A model generated the notes under the pieces. It searched no databases and had not been told where the DNA came from. It saw only the letters and a program-made list of their open reading frames with translations. The translations under genes and the position numbers were made by a program. From the NCBI GenBank assembly GCA_965644315.1, contig CBFFRQ010000051.1, positions 1 to 64,000 of the forward strand: a stretch of DNA of 64,000 nucleotides, read 5' to 3'. Each line of letters begins with the position of its first letter. Position 1 is the first letter of the stretch. Shown here piece by piece: positions 55,454 through 64,000 of this stretch. Source of the stretch: Caecitellus pseudoparvulus. Lineage: Eukaryota; Protista; Bigyra: Bicosoecida.

Positions 55454-56927
55454 CTACCCAGAAGGCTTGTCGTAGCGCCCACCTGTCGCCTCGCGGTCGG
55501 AGCCGTGGGGCCCCCGCCGACTGTGCTGGTCGCTGCGCTTGCTACTGCCTGCCCCGCCAGACTTGGCGGCATGCTCTGCCTTGCGGCGTTGGCGAGCAGC
55601 CAGCTCGTGGTAGTCCAACGTAGGGTCCAGGCCCGCCATGAGGGACACAGGGGGGAGGGAGGCAGTGGGGTGGCGTGGGTTGAAGGGCACTGTGTGGGGC
55701 GCCTGCACGGCCTGTCCCGCTGCGAACCAGGGCATGGCCAGCAGGCGCCGTGCGTCGTACCGCGTTGCCGGGTCAAGGTCCAGCATGTGAGTCAGGACGT
55801 CGATGGCTTCCTTGGGCAGCTCCACCTGCTTGCGCCGGCACCAGCTCTGTAGCTCGCTGTGCAGGCGGGAATGGCTGTCCTGGATGTCGCCCTGCACCGC
55901 CCGCCACCCGCTCAGGCGACGCAGGCTGCTGTGGGGGGGCGGCGTCCCCATGAGCTTGAAGATCTTCAGCAGCTGGGCGGCTTCGTTGGCGCCTTTGAAC
56001 AGCGTGCGCCCCGTGATGAGCTCCATCAGCACACACCCCGCGCTCCAAATGTCCACCTTGCCGTCGTACGTGGCGGCGCCCAGCAGCAATTCAGGCGGGC
56101 GGTACCACAACGTGATGACGTTGCCGGACATGGGGCGGCCGGGCGCCTTGTCCATACGGCGTGCCAGGCCGAAATCTGCGATCTTCACTTCGTTCCCTTC
56201 CCCCAGGAGGATGTTGCTGCACTTGATGTCGCGGTGCACGATGCGGTTGCGGTCGCTGTGCAGGTGGGCCAGCCCTGCCAGCAACTGGTATGTGAAGGCC
56301 CGTACAGAGTCAGCAGACAGGCGGTTGCCGTCCAACAGGCCTGTGAAGTCGTACTCGGCATACTCGTACACCAGGTACACTGACCCAGCCGCCGCCACAG
56401 CTTCTGCTGCGGTGCCCTTGGCGGCAGCCTCATCATCAGCTGCGCGAGGGGGGGGTGAAAGGGTGGGGTGGCGCGTGCAGTGCCCAGGCTCGCACCACGC
56501 ACGTGTAGCGATGACGACGTCGATGAGGTTCACGATGTTGGCGTGCTTCAGCTGCTTCAGCATGCGTATTTCGCGCAGGGCCGTGCGCGGGAAGCCCTCC
56601 GACGTCTGCACCTTCAGGATCAGTTTGAGAGCCACAAAGCGCCCGGTCAGGAGGCACCGCCCCTTCCACACTTGCCTGCGCAGGGGCGCACATGGTGAGC
56701 TGTGTTCCCCATGCAGTCGCGCAGCCACCAGCCACACGCGGTACCCACCCGTAGCTGCCCTTGCCGATTTGCTTCAGCAACTCGAAGTTGGCCAGTGTGT
56801 TGCTCCACGCACGCCCGCTGGCCCCATTCATGTACCAGTCTGCGTCCCTGTACGGCATGTCACGGGGACGAATGCAGTCTGGGGCCGCTGGCAAGCGCAC
56901 CGCTGCGTCAGGGCCCTCTGCAGCCAT
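55454..56927 (-). CDS. Cyclin-dependent kinase, CDK9/CDK12 (CDKC/Ctk1)-like
   Basis: IGKGSYG, VALK, EGFPRTALRE (PITALRE-like), HRDIKCSN, DFGLAR, VITLWYRPPELLLG, DIWSAGC; short introns. Confidence 0.92.
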
Positions 56928-57441
56928 GCCTACAATGCGCAGCGTGCGCGGAAATTGCTTCCAGCACTTCCCGTCTGCTCGCGCAGATCAGGCGCAAAAG
57001 CGCGTCAGAGACTGCGATAGGTGGCCTGCTACAAGCAAGTGCAGATTTCAAGTGCGTGGGCGTCTGGGTGGATGTGTTTGGTTTTGGTTGCTGGAGTTCA
57101 GCGGCCACTGATGAACGGTGCGGTCAGCGACCCGACGAAAAACCAAGCCACCTGGCGCTGATGCCCCTTCCCTTACATCACTGATGCACGAAGGCACACC
57201 AAGTAGGTGGGAGCAGGGGGCTCGGTTGGGCCTTGAGCGGTTCCCGTCGCCTGAGCTGCGGCGTGGGCTCAATTCCAGCACCACACGCCAATCGGGGATT
57301 CAGCCACTCGGCACGGCCACTTGCTCCAGAAGGTCTTCCTCGTTGAAGGAAACCTGAGATAAGCTTCTCCGCTGGCGCTGTCCCCTGCGTCGTCTTGTGG
57401 TGCTGCGTTGTGGTGCTGCCTGTGCACCAGCGGTGCGGAAA

Positions 57442-58776
57442 ATGGCACAACACACCACGCCAGACCACACCCCGGCCAACGACACAGCCTCCCACACACA
57501 CCCACAGCAGCCATCAGGTAAAGATACTTGTAGTTCTACCCTGGTGGTCAGCCTGCAGCAAGCTGCTGAGCGTGGCGATGTGCAGGGGACTCAGGCAGCC
57601 CTGGCGCGTGCCAACGGCAAGCTCCAGAGAGCAGACGTGCAAACAGCGCTGCTTACAGCCTGCAAGGCCGGGCACGCTGAGGTGGTGACAGTGCTGCTAC
57701 ATGGTGCAGCTGCGGCGGGTCTGGATCTCGCCATTTGCTATCCTGTGGCGTTCAGCGCTGCCTGCCAGTTCGGGCGTGCGGGCGCCGCTGCTGCGTTGCT
57801 CGCGCACGGCGACCCGCGTGACATGCGCCTGGACACGACTGACCTGCGCAGCACCCTCCTCGTATCCTGTGCTCGGGGATTTTCCGATGTCGTTCCGCTG
57901 CTCCTGGCGCTGCCGTTCCCCGTGCTGCACAGCCGGGAACTGATGCAACGTGCCTTTCAGCTGGCTTGTGAGAACGGCAAGGTAGGCGTCATGCGCCACC
58001 TGCTGGGCGTGCGCGGGGCCAATGCTGTGGATGTGCACGACCCTGATAGACACTTTCTCCAGCGTGCCGTGTCCAGAGGTGTCGTGGAGGCAGTTGCCGA
58101 GCTGCTGGCCTTGCAAGGCGATCGGCGCCTGGACATCTGCGTGAACGGCGCGATTTTCGTTCGGGAGGCGTGCTTACAGGGAAACAGTGAGCTTCTGCAA
58201 CTGTTACTGGGACTGACAGGGGACCGGTACATTTATGACCCTGTGTATTTTTCCTTGACCCTCACAGACGCTTGTGAACGCGGGCGGGAGGAGTGTGTAC
58301 GGCAGTTGCTGCAGCTGACAGGCAAGCGGCGTGTGATGCCCAGGACTGGCCGTGACGGGGCTCTGTACGAGGCGGCTGCACACGGACACATTGGAGTGGT
58401 GCGTGCTCTGCTTGAACTGTGCAGCGATGACCGGCTGCCGCCTCACAGCATCGGGGAAGACGGGCTGGTGGCGGCGTGTGAACTGGGCCAACTGCCCGTT
58501 GTACAAGAGCTGTTGCGCTTGGCCGGGGCGCGTGGAGCTGCTGTGCATGCCAGTGTTGACGCTGCGTTTCAACGTGCGTGTATTCGGGAGCGCCTCCCAG
58601 TCGTGGCGCACCTGCTGGCGTTGGAGGGGCACAGAGGCCCGAGTGCAGCGGTGGTGCGCGCTGCGGCGTGTGGTGGGACCCCTGCTCTGCGTGTGCGGCG
58701 GGATGTCATGTGGGCCGGCGCCGCTGACAGACACCCGCGAAAGAGCATGGTGCTGCTGCGGGTCGCAGGCCTTTGA
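57442..58776 (+). CDS. Ankyrin-like repeat protein, divergent solo family member
   Basis: Repeats such as LLTACKAGH, FQLACENGK and ELLALQGDRRLDI. C-cap RDVMWAGAADRHPRKSMVLLRV is homologous to the array genes. Confidence 0.85.
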   Translation: MAQHTTPDHTPANDTASHTHPQQPSGKDTCSSTLVVSLQQAAERGDVQGTQAALARANGKLQRADVQTALLTACKAGHAEVVTVLLHGAAAAGLDLAICYPVAFSAACQFGRAGAAAALLAHGDPRDMRLDTTDLRSTLLVSCARGFSDVVPLLLALPFPVLHSRELMQRAFQLACENGKVGVMRHLLGVRGANAVDVHDPDRHFLQRAVSRGVVEAVAELLALQGDRRLDICVNGAIFVREACLQGNSELLQLLLGLTGDRYIYDPVYFSLTLTDACERGREECVRQLLQLTGKRRVMPRTGRDGALYEAAAHGHIGVVRALLELCSDDRLPPHSIGEDGLVAACELGQLPVVQELLRLAGARGAAVHASVDAAFQRACIRERLPVVAHLLALEGHRGPSAAVVRAAACGGTPALRVRRDVMWAGAADRHPRKSMVLLRVAGL

Positions 58777-59098
58777 CTCGGGCTCGCATCGGCCCAGCTT
58801 GTGTACTGCTCTGTGTGTTGTTGCCAAAGGCGCCGAACAGCGCCAGCTTGCTCAGCCAATGCAACCGCAACAAGGCCACGAGCTGCACAACTGCGCCCCT
58901 TGCGCAGCTTGGGCTGCCCCTTTCTGCACCCTGGGCTGCCCGCACAGTTCGAGATGGCGGGGATTCTGAGCTGGGCAGGCAGATGAACCAGCCCAGCACT
59001 TTCCGACAAACACCTCGCACGCGCAAGACACTGTCAGCCAGCAACGCCGGCTCTCAAGGCAACGACAAGTTGGGTGTGTACTGCACACTTTGCGCACC

Positions 59099-60278
59099 AT
59101 GGCAGCTTCCAAGCCCTCCGAGCCGGCGGCGCCTGCCCCAGCTGCCCCCCCTGCACCAGGTGCGTCGCTGCAAGTGCAGTGCAGCAGAGCCGATGCGTCC
59201 GACAGAGCAAGGCAGCAGGCGTGGGCAGACATCGGCATGGCTTCACCGCTCCCATGCTCCCTGATGCAGAAGGGTCCCTTCTGAAGTCGTTCTTGTCCGG
59301 TGGCTTTGGAGGTGTGTGGCAGGGCTCTGGGTTTGCAAGTGATTTCCGCTCCACGCCTGCTCTGCCGTTTGGCCCGCAGGCATGTGCCTGGTGGCAGCAG
59401 GGCACCCATTCGACCTCATCAAGACCCGTCTGCAGACCATGGTGGTGGCGCCTGGTCAAGCCCCTCCATACACCGGAGCTATCGATGCATTCCGCAAGAC
59501 CTTTGCGAAGGAAGGCGTGAGTGGCGCTCGACGCACAGAAGCAGTCCTCAACCCGCTTCACACGCCCAACACATGAACCTCCCAGATTGCTGGCCTGTAC
59601 AAGGGCGTGAGTGCGCCTCTGGCTGGAGTGACTCCCATCTTCGCCATCTGCTTCTGGGCGTTTGAGGTGGGGCAGGACCTCGTGCGCAGCACCTGTGGCG
59701 TGGCGCCCGAGGACAAGCTGTCCCTGCTGCAGGTGGGGCTCGCAGGCGCCTTCTCCGCCGTGCCCACCACCGCCATCATGGCACCTGGCGAGCGCGTGAA
59801 GGTGTTGCTGCAGACACAGGGGCAGGGCGGCACGGCGGCGCGTTTCAGCGGCCCCGGCGACGTCATCAAGACGCTGGTGAAGGAGGAGGGTGTGGCGTCC
59901 CTGTTCAAGGGGTCCGCCGCCACCCTGGTCCGGGACGCCGCGGGGTCCCTCGCGTACTTCTCCGTGTACGAGGGCATCAAGCGGGGCCTGACGCCGGAGA
60001 ACGGGCAGCTGTCCCCCTTCGCTGTGGTGACGGGGGGCGGCTTCGCGGGCATGTGCAACTGGGCTCTGGCCATTCCCTTCGACACAGTGAAGAGCCGCAT
60101 CCAGTCCGGCGCCGCCACCGGCGGGCTGGTGTCTGTGGGACGGCAGATGATCAAGGAGGAGGGCGTGGGGGCGCTGTTCAAGGGCGTGGGCCCCGCCATG
60201 CTGCGTGCCTTTCCCGCCAACGCCGCCTGTTTCCTGGGCATGGAAGTGTCCAAGCAGTTCTTGAACAAGATCTTCTGA
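59099..60278 (+). CDS. Mitochondrial carrier, carnitine/acylcarnitine-carrier-like (SLC25A20-like)
   Basis: Three carrier signatures (HPFDLIKTRLQ, APGERVKVLLQ, IPFDTVKSRIQ) plus RDAAGS and RAFPANAACFLG. Three short introns; exon 1 MAASKPSEPAAP joins in frame. Confidence 0.93.
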
Positions 60279-60415
60279 GAATGCAGTGCATTGGGGCATG
60301 GAACATGGGAAGGCGCCGACGCAGCGGCGAGCAGCATTAGAGTAAGGACACCATTACAGCAAAGGACAGAGGACAGGGCCGCACCGGGGCTGGCCGGGGT
60401 GTTGGCCTGCACCAG

Positions 60416-61297
60416 TCACGTCGCTGAGCAAGGCGGCGGAGCGAGCTGGAAGACTGGGGGGGGGCTGGTAGGGTCACGTTTGGCACCGGAAGGCACTGGT
60501 GGGGGTACGTCTGTCGTGCTGTCGTCGTCCCCGCCGGGAGTCACCTCGGCAGGGTCCTCGTCGTCGAAGGCTGGACACCAGTCGTGGCCAGAGCGGTCGG
60601 GCCTGACCACCGGCGTGACGCAGTGTGAAGGCACGGCACCACCCCACACGGCTGGAGGCGTGGCACACTGGGCTGTGAGAGAAATGGAAGGCAGCCGGGG
60701 AAGCTTCTTGCCACTGGTGGCACAGTAGTCGTGCTCAGCGAAAGGGGCAGAAAGTTGCCGGAGCAGGGGAACTGCCGCTGCCGGGGATGGTTCGTTACAT
60801 GCCACAGCGGGCGAGGCAAGCACCGCATCGGGAGTGCAGGGGGTGCATGGCTCATGAAGTGTCCGTTTGGGTGCAGTGGAGTGCCTGTGGATGGCAGGGG
60901 CAACAGTGCCGGCGCTGCAGGGAGTGGTGGCCAACAGGTCTAGAACCGCGCTGGAGCATTCCGCAGCCAGTGCTTCGCCAACGCAATTGCTGCCCACGCA
61001 CTTGAGAGAGCCACACAGCTGCCCCGCCCGCCACACTGGCAAGGATGTCTTCAGCTGGATGATACCATCGCAATCTGATCCACACCGTCCCCGCACAGCG
61101 CGTGGGGGCGCGCTACGGCGAGGCCTCGGGCAGCGCCGTGTGCTGCGCTGGGGCCGCTGCCGCACCTTGGTGGGCCACGTGGAAGGTGGCCCTCGCTTCT
61201 TGCGTTTGCGCGCACCCCGAGGGTGGGCACGTGGAGCACTGAACATGCTGCTCATATTTGTATTCGTGATTGCGTTTTTCGTTTCGGCGCGTGACAT
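60416..61297 (-). CDS. Possible hypothetical protein
   Basis: 293-aa ORF starting in an AT-rich patch, with a basic NLS-like N-terminus and no recognisable domain. The structure is uncertain. Confidence 0.35.
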   Translation of the reverse strand: MSRAETKNAITNTNMSSMFSAPRAHPRGARKRKKRGPPSTWPTKVRQRPQRSTRRCPRPRRSAPPRAVRGRCGSDCDGIIQLKTSLPVWRAGQLCGSLKCVGSNCVGEALAAECSSAVLDLLATTPCSAGTVAPAIHRHSTAPKRTLHEPCTPCTPDAVLASPAVACNEPSPAAAVPLLRQLSAPFAEHDYCATSGKKLPRLPSISLTAQCATPPAVWGGAVPSHCVTPVVRPDRSGHDWCPAFDDEDPAEVTPGGDDDSTTDVPPPVPSGAKRDPTSPPPVFQLAPPPCSAT

Positions 61298-61373
61298 GAT
61301 GTTTCAAGTTTGAGCCGACGTCTGCAGTGTGCGGCAATTGCAGCAGCACTTGCCCGTGGCAGGCACCCCGTCA

Positions 61374-62493
61374 TCACCCCTTGCGCTGGAAGACGTACTC
61401 GACAGGGTACGCGTCGCTCGCGCTTCCCTGCAGTTCTCGCACAATGTCCTGCAGCCCTGCCTCGTCGCCAACCCGCACATCTCGCCCGCCAGCCTTCAGC
61501 ATGACGTCTCCCAGCTGCACGCCGGCCTTGTCAGCGGCGCCGCCTGGCATGATGGCCCGAATGTACGCGTACTCGCCCAGGTCGTTCTTGCGGATCTTCA
61601 CGCCCAGGCCACCCGCCCCAAACTTCGCCTTGAACACCCCAGATGCGTCCGCCTCCGCCCCACCTGAGCCTGCTGCAGGTGTGCTTGACGCAGGTGTGCT
61701 TGACGCTGCCTGCGCTGCAGGTGGTGGCGCTTCACCTGGTGGCGTGGGGGCTATGGTACTCTTGACTCCTATGGTTGGCTGTGGAGCCCGCCCACTGGGT
61801 GGACTGGCTGTCATGGGGGCAGCTTGGGGCCCGGGCGTGGACTGTGGAGCCCGCCCACTGGGTGGACTGGCTGTCATGGGGGCAGCTTGGGGCCCGGGCG
61901 TGGACTGTGGAGCTGGCGCTGTGGGTGGACTGGCAGGGGCAACGTCTGCAGCGTGGCTGGTATCCAAGCTGGCTGCAGATAGCGCAGAGGTTGCTTTCGC
62001 TGCAGAGGACGGCTTGACCGTAGATTCGCGTTGTGCTGCAGCTGGCTGAGGTGACTCCGGCGCTTCGTCCAAAGGAGCGAGGCCAGGGGCCTCGAACGGA
62101 GACGCCAACGCAGCAGCACCCATACGCGTCTTTCGTCTGCGACCACGTGCTCCTGTGGGTCTGGACATGCCAGGCTGCGACGCGGGCAGCAGCGACAGGG
62201 GAGTGGCGGGTAAGCACGCGCCATGCTCGCGAAGCTGCTTCGCTCACGTGTGCCACCTCTCCGTTTGCAGAGCTTGGGGACGACACCTGGATACCAGGGG
62301 CTGAAGATGGGGGGAGTACTTGTGCAGGCTTTGCTGGCTGTCGAATGGACGCTCTTCCGAGCCTGCGGGTGCAAGGTGGCCTGTGCTGAGCTGCGGAAAT
62401 TGGCACAGAACTCAGGCAGACCTACGGGATGTTTTGCGCCTTGAGCCGAGCTGCCATGGCAGCTACAGAGGGCCCTCGACTTCTAGACTCCAT
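61374..62493 (-). CDS. Pro/Ser-rich protein with C-terminal PDZ domain
   Basis: FGAGGLGVKI...AYIRAIMPGGAADKAGVQLGDVMLKAGG is a PDZ signature. The 5' exons are uncertain (candidate ATG 62493 or 62457). Confidence 0.65.
61779..61932. repeat. 63-nt coding tandem repeat (about 2.4 copies)
   Basis: Units start at 61779, 61842 and 61905 and encode APQSTPGPQAAPMTASPPSGR on the - strand. Confidence 0.9.
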
Positions 62494-62747
62494 GTTTTCA
62501 ACCCTTAACCCCACTGCACTGCCCACCTTTCCCCGATGACCGTCTGCGCAGGCCCTGGAAGGTGAACGCCAGACCAACGCTGGCGCGTGCGTTGCGTGGG
62601 TCGAAGGCGGAGCCCGACCTATCCCACCAGAAATAGGCATGCTGCCAACCTCGCTGCAACACAAAGGCTCTCGTGAATTGGGTGTGCGTCACGACTTCCA
62701 CAGCTGGCAGTGCCGTCCCCACCCCCCACGGGCTGGGGAGCAACCCC

Positions 62748-64000
62748 TTACCCGTGCTGCCGAGACCCTCGTCGTGGCTGCGCCTGCCGCCCATCGCCCT
62801 CCATTTCCGCAGCAAGGGCAGACGCCAGAGTCTCCCGCCCATGCCCTTGGCTCTGCCCGCTGCCCCCCGCCACGCGCCACACGTCATCAGCCACCGAATG
62901 CACAGCAGTCAATAGCGCCTCATCGTCCAAACCCTCCTCAGTAAATGAACTGGAGCCGTGCAGCTGCTCATCGCTGTGGCTTGCTGTGTGGCGGCTGCGC
63001 AGCGCTGCGCCGTGGCCGCGCGGCTGCTGCTGCTGCTGTTGCTGCAACGCAGCGGGGTGGCTGCCTCGAACGGCTGCTCGTCCGCGTGCTGCGGCGGCTT
63101 TCTGCCGCTCGGCGTCCAGCTCAGCCTGCAGTGCGTTGACTTCTGCCTCCAGGGCTGCAATTCTCTTGCGAGACAGCTGCACTTCGGAGCGTTCGCGCTG
63201 GCGTGCGGATTTCGCCTTGGCAGCCTCCTTCCGCGCTGCGTCACGGTCGGCGACGAGCTTGCCCACCTCCCCCTTCAACTTGGTCATGGTGCTTTCCATG
63301 ACATCTCGGTACAACTCGTAGTCCTTCACTTCGCTGCGCGCCTCCTTCAGCGCTGCCTTGAGTTTGCGCACGTTCCCACTGCTGCCGCCACCCGCACTGC
63401 CAGCCTCCGCCAGCGCCCTTTGCAAGCGAGAAATCTCCCCCTCAGCAGCCGCCTGCGCCGTTTCCGCGTCATCTGCACGGGCTGCAGCCGCTTCTGCAAC
63501 ACTACGCAGACGCCCTGCCTCTGCACGGGACGCTTCCAGCGCACTCAGCATGGCGCCAAACCAGCGTGCGTCGTCGTCACCCTGTGCGGCACGCTGCTCC
63601 ATTCGCAGCGCCACGGCACCAGCTTCGTCCATGCTGGGCACAGAGCTGGGGCGCATGCCAGACCAGGCACCACTGGAGGGCGACCCCGCCCCGCGGGACG
63701 TCTGCACGGGTGATGTGGGGGGTGCTGGTGCGTCGGCGGGCGTTTCGGCACTGGTTGGCGGCAGGGGCGGTACACGAGGCACTGCACGCTGCGAGGCTGC
63801 CTCCTGCCCCCCCCTGCCCACTGCCGGCAGACTGTCTGCAGCAGATGGCTGGCTGCTGGGGGAGCTGTGCACAGAGTGGCCGGCAGAGGGGGAGGGGCCC
63901 TGAGGGGGGGTGGCACCCCCCCCCACCAGGCGCTGCAGCCTCTGAGCGAACTTCAGGCTGGCCACGCTGGCCGCTGCGTCGCCTGCGCTGTCCCGCACTG
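62748..64000 (-). CDS. 3' part of a coiled-coil protein, possibly kinesin-like (5' end outside the window)
   Basis: AAASVASLKFAQRL resembles the last helix of kinesin motor domains (ETLSTLxFAxR). It is followed by a Pro-rich linker, a long coiled coil and a poly-Q run. Confidence 0.6.
   Translation of the reverse strand, partial: VRDSAGDAAASVASLKFAQRLQRLVGGGATPPQGPSPSAGHSVHSSPSSQPSAADSLPAVGRGGQEAASQRAVPRVPPLPPTSAETPADAPAPPTSPVQTSRGAGSPSSGAWSGMRPSSVPSMDEAGAVALRMEQRAAQGDDDARWFGAMLSALEASRAEAGRLRSVAEAAAARADDAETAQAAAEGEISRLQRALAEAGSAGGGSSGNVRKLKAALKEARSEVKDYELYRDVMESTMTKLKGEVGKLVADRDAARKEAAKAKSARQRERSEVQLSRKRIAALEAEVNALQAELDAERQKAAAARGRAAVRGSHPAALQQQQQQQPRGHGAALRSRHTASHSDEQLHGSSSFTEEGLDDEALLTAVHSVADDVWRVAGGSGQSQGHGRETLASALAAEMEGDGRQAQPRRGSRQHG

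Noticed and set aside
63020-63050. (CTG)n microsatellite
   Set aside because: It is a short coding poly-Q run and unremarkable.
1-64000. tRNA or rRNA genes
   Set aside because: None were recognisable by eye; a tRNAscan-SE/Rfam run would be needed to exclude them.

Overview
Compact, GC-rich eukaryotic (protist-like) genomic DNA with short GT-AG introns and very short intergenic spacers. The organism cannot be determined from the sequence alone. About 19 single-copy genes are present: nucleotide-sugar transporter, PQ-loop transporter, UGGT, DNA polymerase alpha catalytic subunit, pyridoxal kinase, GT1 UDP-glycosyltransferase, sterol-desaturase-family protein, a probable CSDE1/UNR-like cold-shock protein, an ABCA transporter, an RRM protein, a CDK9/12-like kinase, a mitochondrial carrier, a PDZ protein, a partial kinesin-like gene and several hypotheticals. 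The main feature is a family of ten ankyrin-like genes whose intact members have uninterrupted coding regions. They lie in two oppositely oriented tandem arrays (about 20.6-26.0 kb on +, 38.7-46.6 kb on -) plus one divergent solo copy (57.4-58.8 kb). Each array gene has a fixed N-cap, 5-13 mostly 38-aa repeats with a near-invariant scaffold and hypervariable surface positions, and a fixed basic C-cap. Repeat gain and loss, block duplication and pseudogenisation are visible in the sequence. This looks like a natural DARPin-like diversified binder repertoire, possibly a protist immune or recognition system (inference). Exon boundaries were read by eye and are approximate.
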